Positions 19,235 through 27,657 of a DNA stretch of 64,000 nt are shown here, piece after piece. Each line of letters starts with the position of its first letter. Positions within the stretch are counted from its first letter, which is position 1. A program made the position numbers and the translations under genes. The notes below the pieces were generated by a model that was not told where the DNA came from, did not search any database, and was given only the letters and a program-made list of their open reading frames with translations. Origin of the DNA: an uncultured Solirubrobacterales bacterium (GTDB lineage Bacteria > Actinomycetota > Thermoleophilia > Solirubrobacterales > Solirubrobacteraceae); assembly GCA_963809705.1 (NCBI GenBank), contig CAWEKF010000003.1:35147-99146 (forward strand). Direction: 5' to 3'.

Positions 19235-19450
19235 GAGACCGCCTACCTGGTCTTGCTTGGAGCCCACGGGGCGGGTCTCGCCGGCTACTGGCGCACCGTG
19301 CCGTTCCTCGACTCGCCTGCCGCGCGCGAGGCGCTCGCACTGGATCAGGATCGGCTCCCGATCGGGCTGCTGCACCTCGGTCGCCCTCGCCAAGCCCAAC
19401 GCGTGCCCGAGCGCGCGCCGATCTCGGATTTCGTGCGCCACCTGCCTTGA
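19235..19450 (+). pseudogene. C-terminal remnant of a nitroreductase
   Basis: AYLVLLGAHGAGLAGYWRT...IGLLHLGRP...PERAP, with no N-terminal part or start codon. Confidence 0.7.
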
Positions 19451-19542
19451 GCGGCTTCGCCGCCATTGGGACATAAGCCCCAAGCAGCGGCCAGATCCAA
19501 GCAGCGTTCAGGCTGGTGTGGCCAGCGCCGAGAGGCCCCGGC

Positions 19543-20388
19543 TCACACGTCCTCGAAACGATGCGATTCGCCGGTCATCTCACGACGTAGGCGCTGCACG
19601 CGACGCAGCTCGCGCACGTCGTCATCCAGGGCGGGCGCAGATGTCGGCTGCTCGCCGCCGAGTAGCTCCGCTTCCAGACGGTGGCGCACCAGCTCGCCTG
19701 CGATCGCGTCCACGCGCTGGGCGCCGGCTCCGGGGCGCGAGCTGACAACGCGCTCGAGCGTGCCTGCGCGAAAGAGCAAGCCAACGCCATCGTCGGCGGC
19801 CCAGCCGCCGGGCAGCTCGCCCGAGCGCACATTTGCGAGCCAGACCGGCAGGCGCTCGGGCTCGCCGTCGGCGTGCACGGTCAACGATCCTTCCAAGAGC
19901 CCCAGGCCGCCCAACGGCTCGGGCGCGCCGCTGGAGCAGGTGACGCCGCCTTCAAACCAGCACATCGCTCCAGCGCTGATTCCCGCCAGCACGGTGCCCC
20001 TCCGCCACGCCTCGATCAGGATCTCGTCCAGCTTGTGGGCGCGCCAGATCGCCAAGAGGTTGCGCATCGAGCCACCTCCGACATAGACGACGTCCTGTTC
20101 GAGCACGATCTCCTCGAGGGGACGTTCGAGGTCGCCGAGGCGAAACAGGGACATGTACTGCGGCACGCAGGAGCGCCCGCCGAAGCGCGCGTAGAAGGCG
20201 TTGATCTGGGTGGTCGTGTCACCCGAGGCTGTGGGCAGGAAAAGGATGCGAGGCTCCTTGGTCCGGGCGAGCGTGAGCACGAAGTCGTCCAATAGCGGGT
20301 TGGCGGGCTCCATCGTGAACCCGCCTCCGCCCATCGCGAAGATCAGCCGCTGCTCTTGCTCTTGCTCTGCGTGTCGCGAGGCGCTCAC
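19543..20388 (-). CDS. Peptidase E (S51) family, copy 2
   Basis: GGGGF, FLPTASGD, YVGGGS, GISAGAMCWF. Confidence 0.9.
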   Translation of the reverse strand: MSASRHAEQEQEQRLIFAMGGGGFTMEPANPLLDDFVLTLARTKEPRILFLPTASGDTTTQINAFYARFGGRSCVPQYMSLFRLGDLERPLEEIVLEQDVVYVGGGSMRNLLAIWRAHKLDEILIEAWRRGTVLAGISAGAMCWFEGGVTCSSGAPEPLGGLGLLEGSLTVHADGEPERLPVWLANVRSGELPGGWAADDGVGLLFRAGTLERVVSSRPGAGAQRVDAIAGELVRHRLEAELLGGEQPTSAPALDDDVRELRRVQRLRREMTGESHRFEDV

Positions 20389-21302
20389 GCGAGCGCGACC
20401 GCTCTGGCCGTGCTCCGGCCGGGTTGCTTGGTCGCGCCGCTGGTCCTGCCGCCGCCGCGCTTGGTCGGGCCCCCGCGCTCGCCGAGATATGAGACCTCGA
20501 GCGCCGTCTCCCTCACCTGTCCGGCGCTGCGGCGCACGTGAAAAGCGCCGCTACGCTCTCGCGAGCTGACGACACGATCCAGCTTGGTCCCCTTGAAATG
20601 AAGCGCCACTCCGTCGTCGGCGGCGTACCCGGCGCGCATACCCTCGCCCACGAGCGCGTGGTACTCGGCTCGGCGCGCCGGCTCGGCGTCGTAGTGCACG
20701 CAGTTGGAGTAAGGCAGCAGTCCCAGGCCGCCGACGCGCCTGGGTGGGCCGTGAAAGGCGCTGAGCGCCTCGGCAAACCAGCACAGCGAGCCCGCCGAAG
20801 GTCCGCACAAGACGATTCCGCGCTGCCATGCCTCGCGCAGGACCTCGTCCAAGCCATGTGCGCGCCAGACGCCGAGCATCGAGACGACGTTGCCGCCGCC
20901 CACATAGATCAAGTCCTGGCCGAGCAGGTGCGAGGCCAGGTCGTCCTCGACGCCGCGCCCACCTTGGTCGCGGCGGAACATCGAGATGTGACTGGCCTCG
21001 CACAGCGCCGAGAAGCGCCGGTAGAAGCGCACCACGTAGTGGTCGGCGTCGCCGGAGGCGGTTGGCAGAAAGCAGACCCGCGGCCTGCGGGCTTTGGTCA
21101 ACGCCAGGATGTAGTCGTCCAGCAACGTGCTGTCTTTCTCCATCGAGAAGCCGCCGCCTCCAAGGGCCACGATCTGAGGGGTCCTGGTTCGTATCGCTGG
21201 CTCCGCTTCTGCGCAAACTGCGGGATGGGTCTTCAGTGTCGCTGGAGGCGGTTCCTGCTCGTATGGACCAGCGCCCAAGATCCGATGGTCGGTTCTCGAC
21301 AA
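20385..21302 (-). CDS. Peptidase E (S51) family, copy 1 (start uncertain)
   Basis: GGGGF, FLPTASGD, YVGGGN, GPSAGSLCWF, CVHYD. Confidence 0.88.
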   Translation of the reverse strand: MSRTDHRILGAGPYEQEPPPATLKTHPAVCAEAEPAIRTRTPQIVALGGGGFSMEKDSTLLDDYILALTKARRPRVCFLPTASGDADHYVVRFYRRFSALCEASHISMFRRDQGGRGVEDDLASHLLGQDLIYVGGGNVVSMLGVWRAHGLDEVLREAWQRGIVLCGPSAGSLCWFAEALSAFHGPPRRVGGLGLLPYSNCVHYDAEPARRAEYHALVGEGMRAGYAADDGVALHFKGTKLDRVVSSRERSGAFHVRRSAGQVRETALEVSYLGERGGPTKRGGGRTSGATKQPGRSTARAVALA

Positions 21303-21318
21303 TCATCCAATTCAGGGC

Positions 21319-21388
21319 GCCAATGCCGCATGCGGCATTGGCCCGGCCGCGCATGCGCGGCCGGCCGATCGGCGCATGCGCCGATCGG
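21319..21388. repeat. Triple abutting perfect palindromes (24+22+24 bp), each centred on CATG; copy 2, inverted relative to copy 1
   Basis: GCCAATGCCGCATGCGGCATTGGC (21319-21342), CCGGCCGCGCATGCGCGGCCGG (21343-21364), CCGATCGGCGCATGCGCCGATCGG (21365-21388). Confidence 0.97.
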
Positions 21389-21418
21389 AACAGCACATTC
21401 ACGCTGTAAGCTCGACCG

Positions 21419-22936
21419 ATGCCTTCCTCCATGAACGATGTCGAGCACGTCGACGTGCTGATCGTCGGCGCCGGCCTCTCAGGTATCGGCGCCGCCTGTC
21501 ATCTGCAGGCCAACTGTCCCGGCAAGAGCTACGCGATCCTCGAGGCGCGCGAGCGCAGCGGCGGCACTTGGGACCTCTTCAAATACCCGGGCATCCGCTC
21601 GGACTCAGACATGTACACGCTCGGCTACTCCTTCCGGCCGTGGAGCGAGCCCAAGTCGATCGCCGACGGTCCCTCGATCCTCGAATACGTGCGCCAAGTG
21701 GCGGTCGAGCACGGGGTGGACCGGCAGATTCGCTTCAACCATCGTGTCGTGCGCGCCGAGTGGTCCAGCGCCGAGGCGCGCTGGAGCGTCGAGGCGATTT
21801 GCGGCCTCGCGGGCGAGCAGGGGACGAGCATGCGCCTGAGCTGCAACTTCCTCTTTTTGTGCAGCGGCTACTACCGCTACGACGAAGGCTACACGCCCGA
21901 GTTCCGCGGCAGCGAGCGTTTCGCCGGTCAGATCGCGCATCCCCAGCATTGGGACGAGCAACTCGACTACGCCGGCAAGCGCGTCGTCGTGATCGGCAGC
22001 GGCGCCACGGCGGTCACATTGGTGCCCGCGATGGCGCAGACCGCGGCGCACGTGACGATGCTGCAGCGCTCGCCCACCTACATCGTCTCCCTGCCGGCCG
22101 AAGACCCGCTCGCCAAGCAGCTGCGTCGCTTCCTGCCGTCGCGGATCTCCGCGCCGATCCTGCGCTGGAAGAACGTGCTGTTGACGATGGCCAGCTTCCA
22201 GCTTTCCCGCCGCCGCCCGCGCGCGATGAAGGCGCTTATCCGCAAGGGCCTGGAACGCCAGCTGCCCGCCGGCTATGACATCGACCGCCACTTCAACCCC
22301 AGCTACAACCCATGGGATCAGCGCCTGTGCCTGGTGCCCAACGGCGACCTGTTCGAGGCGATCGGCGCCGGCAGCGCCTCAGTTGTAACCGACCGCATCG
22401 AGACCTTCACCGAGACGGGCATCAGGCTCGTCTCCGGAGCTGAGCTTCAGGCCGACGTGATCGTCACCGCCACCGGTTTGAATCTGCTTGCCCTGGGCGG
22501 CTTGCAACTCTCCGTGGACGGTCGAGAGGTGGTCCTGGCCGACACGATGAGCTACAAGGGCATGATGCTCAGCGGCGTTCCCAACATGGCCTTCGCCGTG
22601 GGCTACACGAACGCCTCGTGGACGCTCAAGGCCGACCTGGTGTGCGAGTACGTCTGCCGCCTGCTCAACCACATCGACGCCGGCGGCTTTGATCTCTGCA
22701 CGCCCGTCAAGCGCGATCCCACCGTGCTCGAGCGCCCCTTCATCGATTTCTCCTCCGGATATGTGCAGCGCTCGATCGAGCATTTCCCCAAGCAGGGCTC
22801 CAAGGCGCCCTGGCGTCTGCACCAGAACTACCCGATGGACATCCTCAACCTGCGCTTCGGCTCGGTGCAGGATGAGGCAATGGAGTTCTCCCGTGCGAGC
22901 GCCTCGCTCCCGGCGCGCGAGCCTGTCGCGGTCTGA
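21419..22936 (+). CDS. EthA-like flavin-containing (Baeyer-Villiger) monooxygenase
   Basis: GAGLSG, GGTWDLFKYPGIRSDSD, FxGxxxHxxxW, GSGATA; TAAGCT -10 box 6 nt upstream. Confidence 0.93.
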   Translation: MPSSMNDVEHVDVLIVGAGLSGIGAACHLQANCPGKSYAILEARERSGGTWDLFKYPGIRSDSDMYTLGYSFRPWSEPKSIADGPSILEYVRQVAVEHGVDRQIRFNHRVVRAEWSSAEARWSVEAICGLAGEQGTSMRLSCNFLFLCSGYYRYDEGYTPEFRGSERFAGQIAHPQHWDEQLDYAGKRVVVIGSGATAVTLVPAMAQTAAHVTMLQRSPTYIVSLPAEDPLAKQLRRFLPSRISAPILRWKNVLLTMASFQLSRRRPRAMKALIRKGLERQLPAGYDIDRHFNPSYNPWDQRLCLVPNGDLFEAIGAGSASVVTDRIETFTETGIRLVSGAELQADVIVTATGLNLLALGGLQLSVDGREVVLADTMSYKGMMLSGVPNMAFAVGYTNASWTLKADLVCEYVCRLLNHIDAGGFDLCTPVKRDPTVLERPFIDFSSGYVQRSIEHFPKQGSKAPWRLHQNYPMDILNLRFGSVQDEAMEFSRASASLPAREPVAV

Positions 22937-22975
22937 GCCGGTCTTTGGACTCGAGGTGTTGTGTTCTCTGCTGAG

Positions 22976-23052
22976 GGGTGCCCCGCGCGCGCGTGCGTGC
23001 CTGGTACCGCGGTTGTCTCCTAAAGAAGGCCGCGCGCACGCGCGGGGCACCC
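22976..23052. repeat. Intergenic inverted repeat (14-bp arms) ending at the GNAT start codon
   Basis: GGGTGCCCCGCGCG (22976-22989) and CGCGCGGGGCACCC (23039-23052). Confidence 0.7.
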
Positions 23053-23547
23053 GTGAGCGTTGACTCGGACCGCCTCGTCCTGCGTCCGCTCGCCAAGGGC
23101 GACGAGACGGAGCTGCTGCGCATCCACAGCACTCCGGAGGTGGCGCTGTGGTGGGGCCAGCCGGAAGACGGCTTTCCCTGGAGCGATGAGCCCGACTCCA
23201 CCCGCTTCGCGATCGAGTGGGACGGCAAGCTCGCCGGCATGATCCAGTTCGGCGAGGAGCGCACGCCCAAATACCGTCACGCCACAATCGACCTGTTCCT
23301 CGACCCGGCCTTGCACGGTCAGGGCATCGGCACCGAGGCGGTCAGGCGCCTGGTGCGCCACCTGATCGACGAGCGTGGCCACCATCGCGTTACGATCGAC
23401 CCCGGTCTCGATAACAAGGCAGCGATCCGCTCCTATGAAAAGGCCGGCTTCAAGCCGGTCGGCGTGATGCGCCAGTACGAGCGCCCGGACGGCGGCAACG
23501 AGTGGCGCGACGGCCTCTTGATGGAGCTGCTGGCCGAGGACTCCTGA
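23053..23547 (+). CDS. GNAT acetyltransferase, AAC(6')-like
   Basis: IDLFLDPALHGQGIGT, TIDPGLDNKAAIRSYEKAGF. Confidence 0.88.
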   Translation: MSVDSDRLVLRPLAKGDETELLRIHSTPEVALWWGQPEDGFPWSDEPDSTRFAIEWDGKLAGMIQFGEERTPKYRHATIDLFLDPALHGQGIGTEAVRRLVRHLIDERGHHRVTIDPGLDNKAAIRSYEKAGFKPVGVMRQYERPDGGNEWRDGLLMELLAEDS

Positions 23548-23633
23548 ACATCTCGGCCGGAGCGCCGATGAGAAAGCTCGCATTTCACGGTCATAGGTTG
23601 GGAAGCTCCGCCACCGCCGATAACCTGCGACCA

Positions 23634-25115
23634 ATGCGAGGACAGACGATGCGACAAGACGACCGTAGCCGCTGGATGGCTCTTTACGTGCTGTGCGTGG
23701 GGGTCCTGATGATCGTGCTCGACGTGACCGTCGTCAACGTCGCCCTGCCCTCGATCCAGGAAGAACTGCACTTCACCAACTCGAGTCTCGCCTGGGTGGT
23801 GAACGCTTACCTGATCGCCTTCGGCGGCCTGCTGCTGTTGGCGGGGCGCTTCGGCGACCTGATGGGGCGCAGCCGCATCTTCCTGCTCGGCGTCGGCCTG
23901 TTCACGCTCGCCTCCCTGATGTGCGGGCTGGCCTGGACCCAGACCTTGCTCGTCTGCGCGCGCTTCGTCCAGGGCATCGCCGGCGCGATGACCTCGGCGG
24001 TGGTCCTGGGGATGATCGTCACGATGTTCCCGCGGCCGCGCGACCAGGCCAAGGCGATCGGCGTCTACGCTTTCGTTGCCTCCGCCGGTGGATCGGTCGG
24101 CCTGCTGGCGGGCGGCGTGCTCACGCAGGCGCTCGACTGGCACTGGATCTTCTTCGTGAACGTGCCGATCGGGATCGCCACGATCCTCTTCGCCCGGCGC
24201 CTGCTCGACCGCGACGAGGGGATCGGTTTCGGCGAGGGCGCCGACATCCCGGGCGCCGCCCTGATCACGAGCGCTCTGATGCTGGGCGTCTACACGATCG
24301 TCAAGCCGGCCGCCGAAAACGGCTGGGGCGCCGGGCAAACGCTTGCCCTCGGAGCCCTCTCGCTGCTGCTGCTCGGCGCCTTCGTGGCGCGCGAGGCGAC
24401 GGCCCGCAACCCGCTCATGCCGCTGCGCATCTTCCGCTCGCGCAACGTCAGCGGAGCCAACCTGATCCAGGTCTTCTCGGTGGCCGGTATGTTCGGGATG
24501 TTCTTCCTGGGCGCGCTCTACATGCGCAAGGTGCTCGGCTATGACGCCCTGCAGATCGGGCTCGCCTTCCTGCCGGTGACGATCGCGATGGGGTCGATGT
24601 CGATCCGCTTCTCCGAGCCTCTGATCACCCGCTTCGGCGCTCGCGCGCTGCTGCCGCCCGGGCTGGCGATGATCGCGCTGGCCTTGGTCCTGCTTGCCCT
24701 GACGCCGGTTCACGCCAGCTACCTCACCGGCCTGTTGCCCTCGATGCTGCTGCTCGGCACCGGCGCCGGCGTGTGCTTCCCGGCCCTGATGGGCGTCGCC
24801 ATGTCGGGCGCCACGCCAAGCGACGCGGGGCTCGCTTCCGGCCTTGTCAACACGACCGCCCAGGTTGGCGGCGCGCTCGGTCTGGCGGTCCTGGCCACAC
24901 TGTCGGCCTCCCACACGACCAAGCTGCTGGCCCAGGGAAGCTCGACGGCGGCGGCGCTTACAGGCGGCTACCAGCTCGCCTTCTGGATCGCGGCGGGGCT
25001 CGTGGCGGTCGGCATCGTCGTTGCCCTGACCGTTTTGCGTCCCGGGGTCGCGACCGCCCATGAGCCGCTGGCCGAGGTCGAGCACGCGTCGGTCGAGCAC
25101 GCTGGGGCGCTATAG
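23634..25115 (+). CDS. DHA2 MFS transporter
   Basis: LDVTVVNVALPSI, GRFGDLMGR, WHWIFFVNVPIG; TAACCT -10 box 7 nt upstream. Confidence 0.92.
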   Translation: MRGQTMRQDDRSRWMALYVLCVGVLMIVLDVTVVNVALPSIQEELHFTNSSLAWVVNAYLIAFGGLLLLAGRFGDLMGRSRIFLLGVGLFTLASLMCGLAWTQTLLVCARFVQGIAGAMTSAVVLGMIVTMFPRPRDQAKAIGVYAFVASAGGSVGLLAGGVLTQALDWHWIFFVNVPIGIATILFARRLLDRDEGIGFGEGADIPGAALITSALMLGVYTIVKPAAENGWGAGQTLALGALSLLLLGAFVAREATARNPLMPLRIFRSRNVSGANLIQVFSVAGMFGMFFLGALYMRKVLGYDALQIGLAFLPVTIAMGSMSIRFSEPLITRFGARALLPPGLAMIALALVLLALTPVHASYLTGLLPSMLLLGTGAGVCFPALMGVAMSGATPSDAGLASGLVNTTAQVGGALGLAVLATLSASHTTKLLAQGSSTAAALTGGYQLAFWIAAGLVAVGIVVALTVLRPGVATAHEPLAEVEHASVEHAGAL

Positions 25116-25232
25116 TTGCTCAATCCAAGCGGGGCCAATCGAGCCTCGATCAAACGCAGTGTCAGCGCTCGTAGCCTTTGCTCATAGCAATCTCCGCGTT
25201 CGCAGCACGCGAAAACACGGAGGAAAAGCAAC
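25111..25232 (+). promoter_or_regulatory. Probable csp promoter (-10 TATAGT) and long structured 5' UTR
   Basis: TATAGT at 25111-25116, about 110-nt leader with short hairpins and GGAGG RBS; long leaders are typical of csp genes. Confidence 0.5.
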
Positions 25233-25436
25233 ATGGCTACAGGAACCGTCAAGTGGTTCAGCGACGACAAGGGCTTCGGCTTCATCACGCCCGACGATCA
25301 GTCCAAGGACCTGTTCGTGCACCACTCGGGCATCGCTGGCGACGGCTACCGCTCGCTCAGCGAAGGCGCCAAGGTCACCTACGACGCCGAGGCCGGCGAC
25401 AAGGGACCCAAGGCAGTCAACGTACAGCTGGCCTAG
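25233..25436 (+). CDS. cspA: Cold-shock protein
   Basis: GTVKWF, KGFGFI (RNP1), LFVHHS (RNP2). Confidence 0.97.
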   Translation: MATGTVKWFSDDKGFGFITPDDQSKDLFVHHSGIAGDGYRSLSEGAKVTYDAEAGDKGPKAVNVQLA

Positions 25437-25461
25437 CGCCAGTCCTAAGCGAACAGAGGGC

Positions 25462-25489
25462 GAGCCGGCTCCGCTTGCGGCGCCGGCTC
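25462..25489. terminator. GC-rich hairpin between convergent genes
   Basis: GAGCCGGC...GCCGGCTC stem. Confidence 0.55.
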
Positions 25490-27059
25490 AACCAGACGCG
25501 GCGCGACGGCTGTGTCGCGTCAGCTCGCGCACGAGTCTGTCGACCGTGCGTTCGAGCTGGCCGATGCTGGCCGACTCCACACGGCCCACGCCGACCTCAC
25601 GGTTGATCCAGGCGTTGATCTCACGGTGGCTGCCCCCGCCGCGCTTGACCAGGTCCGCCACGAGCCGGCGGCGCTCCTCGCGCAGGGCGGCGCGACGCTC
25701 GAACGCCGCCATCGGCACGGGCTCGGGCGCCGGCTGCTTGGGCGGCTTGGCCTTCTCCCGCGCCTCGGTGGGGGCGGGCCCGAACAGAGTCATCTGCGGG
25801 GCCACGTCGGCGCTGAGCGGCACGAACTCCATTGCAGGCGCCGGTTCGCTGGAGCGTCGCTCGCGCGGCTCCTCCAGGCCCTCCTGCTCGAGGCGCGCCC
25901 GCAGGGCGTGGCGCAGCTCGCTCTCGACCTTGGCGGCGTGTCCGCGCAGGACCGGGTCGGCGGGCAGGTAGACCCAACTCGGCTCGGGCGCTGCTCCATG
26001 GATGGTCCTCACGAAGCGCCCCACGATCTGCCTGAAGATCATCGGCGTCTTGGCCGCCGTCGCGTATACCCCGACCCGCAACCTGGGAATGTCCACGCCC
26101 TCAGAGACCATGTTCACCGCCACGATCCAAGGCTCGCGCGAAGCCCTGAAGGCGGCGAGCTTGTGGGCGGCTCGGGCCTCGGTGTGCAGGACCACCACCG
26201 GCGCTTTGCCGGTCAACTCGCCAAGTAGCTTGGCGATCCGCTTCGCGTGCGTGGCGTCGGCCGCCACGGCGAGCGCGCCGGCGTCGCGGTGGCCCTGCTC
26301 GCGCAATGCCCTCAGCTTCTCGTCTGCCTCTCTGAGGATGCGCGGCAGGCCGTCGGGCAGCTCCGTGGAGATCGCGGTGCGATAGCGCCGGCTCGCCTCG
26401 CGTGCGCTCAGCACGGTCTCGAAGGAGGACTCGATCACATCCTCGCCGCTGCGCCACGACAAGCTACCGTCGAACGTCACGAAGGCGACGGGGCGACAGA
26501 TCCCGTCGGCCACCGCCTGCGCGTAGGTGTAGGACACGTCCGGCTCGGCCACGCCCTCGGCGTCATAGCTCACCCCCGGGATCGGAGTGGCGTCCGAGCG
26601 AAACGGAGTGCCCGACAGCAGCAGCCAGCGCGGCGCGCGCGCAAAGGCCTGCTGGAAGCCGACCCCCCAGGCCAGCTCCTCGCCGAGGTGATGAGCCTCG
26701 TCGACGATCACAAGCGTGTCCGGCGCGACCTGGGCCGCCCACCCGCGCGGGTCGCTTGCCACGCGCGCATAGGTGACCGCGACGCCATCGAAGTCGCGTG
26801 GGGGCGAGGGGCCGGGCGCGTCGGGCTGTAGCTGCAAGCCCAGCTCGGCCGCCGCGCCGGCCCACTGGCGGGTGAGCGGTGTCGTAGGGCACAGAACGGC
26901 TACGCGGCTGACCTGTCCAGCGCGCAGCATCCGTCCTGCCAGCTCCAGGGCTGGGCGCGTCTTACCGGCTCCAGGCGCGGCGGAGACCAGGAAGGGACCG
27001 TTGTCCCATCCGTCGAGGCGCTGCAGCGCCTCGCGTTGCCATGCTCGCAGCGCTGTCAT
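25488..27059 (-). CDS. SF2 DEAD/DEAH-box helicase
   Basis: LRAWQ, AAPGAGKT, VDEAHH, SGTPFR, EGVDIP, RQIVGRFVR. Confidence 0.93.
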   Translation of the reverse strand: MTALRAWQREALQRLDGWDNGPFLVSAAPGAGKTRPALELAGRMLRAGQVSRVAVLCPTTPLTRQWAGAAAELGLQLQPDAPGPSPPRDFDGVAVTYARVASDPRGWAAQVAPDTLVIVDEAHHLGEELAWGVGFQQAFARAPRWLLLSGTPFRSDATPIPGVSYDAEGVAEPDVSYTYAQAVADGICRPVAFVTFDGSLSWRSGEDVIESSFETVLSAREASRRYRTAISTELPDGLPRILREADEKLRALREQGHRDAGALAVAADATHAKRIAKLLGELTGKAPVVVLHTEARAAHKLAAFRASREPWIVAVNMVSEGVDIPRLRVGVYATAAKTPMIFRQIVGRFVRTIHGAAPEPSWVYLPADPVLRGHAAKVESELRHALRARLEQEGLEEPRERRSSEPAPAMEFVPLSADVAPQMTLFGPAPTEAREKAKPPKQPAPEPVPMAAFERRAALREERRRLVADLVKRGGGSHREINAWINREVGVGRVESASIGQLERTVDRLVRELTRHSRRAASG

Positions 27060-27246
27060 CGGGCAGGTCTAATGTGAACGACGGCTGCAACCGAGCGGTT
27101 GGGGCGAGGCGCTCGCCGCAGGAAATCTACGCGCGTACGGGTCAAAGGACCCGGCATCCTGCGCTATCGACCGGACGGATCGCCCGGTTTGGCTCAGAGG
27201 CTGGGGGTGCGCCCGCGTTGGGCTCAGCGACGGTGGGTCGGCGACG

Positions 27247-27633
27247 CTAGGACCGTGGCGGGGACGGCGCGTAGCGGTGGTGCAAGATCAGCAGGTTGCC
27301 GTCGGGGTCGTCGAACACAGCCATGTGGCATACGCCCGTGTCGAAGGTGTCTTGGCCGAAGCTGACGCCGCGCTCCTCCAGGGTCGCCCGCGCGCTCGCC
27401 ACGTCGTCCACGTGCAGGGCGATCCCGCTGCGCATCGGCGCGTGCTCGAGGCCCATCTTCTCGGCGTCGATCACGCTGATCGTCAGGTTGCCGGTCTCGA
27501 ACTCGGCGTAGTTGCGCTCTTGCAGGTACACCGAGCGCTCCAAGCCGAGCGTCTCGCCGTAGAACTCCACCGCTCCCGGCAGATCCTTGGTGGGCACTGC
27601 CACGAAGTCCACCCGTGTGACCATCTCGCTCAT
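27247..27633 (-). CDS. VOC/glyoxalase family protein
   Basis: AVEFYGETLGL, ALHVDDV, FDDPDGN. Confidence 0.9.
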   Translation of the reverse strand: MSEMVTRVDFVAVPTKDLPGAVEFYGETLGLERSVYLQERNYAEFETGNLTISVIDAEKMGLEHAPMRSGIALHVDDVASARATLEERGVSFGQDTFDTGVCHMAVFDDPDGNLLILHHRYAPSPPRS

Positions 27634-27657
27634 GTTCAGGTCTCCTTGCTCTCGACT

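Noticed and set aside
10722-21388. Triple palindromes as CRISPR arrays or ordinary terminators
   Set aside because: Units are not identical, there are no spacers or cas genes, no loop or U-tract, and copy 2 lies between divergent genes.
5619-23558. Identical 14-mer TGAACATCTCGGCC at two stop codons (5619 and 23545)
   Set aside because: Matches of this length are expected by chance in 64 kb of GC-rich DNA, and similarity does not extend.
25488-27059. SF2 helicase as a restriction or defence subunit
   Set aside because: No adjacent methylase or nuclease, and it sits in housekeeping context.
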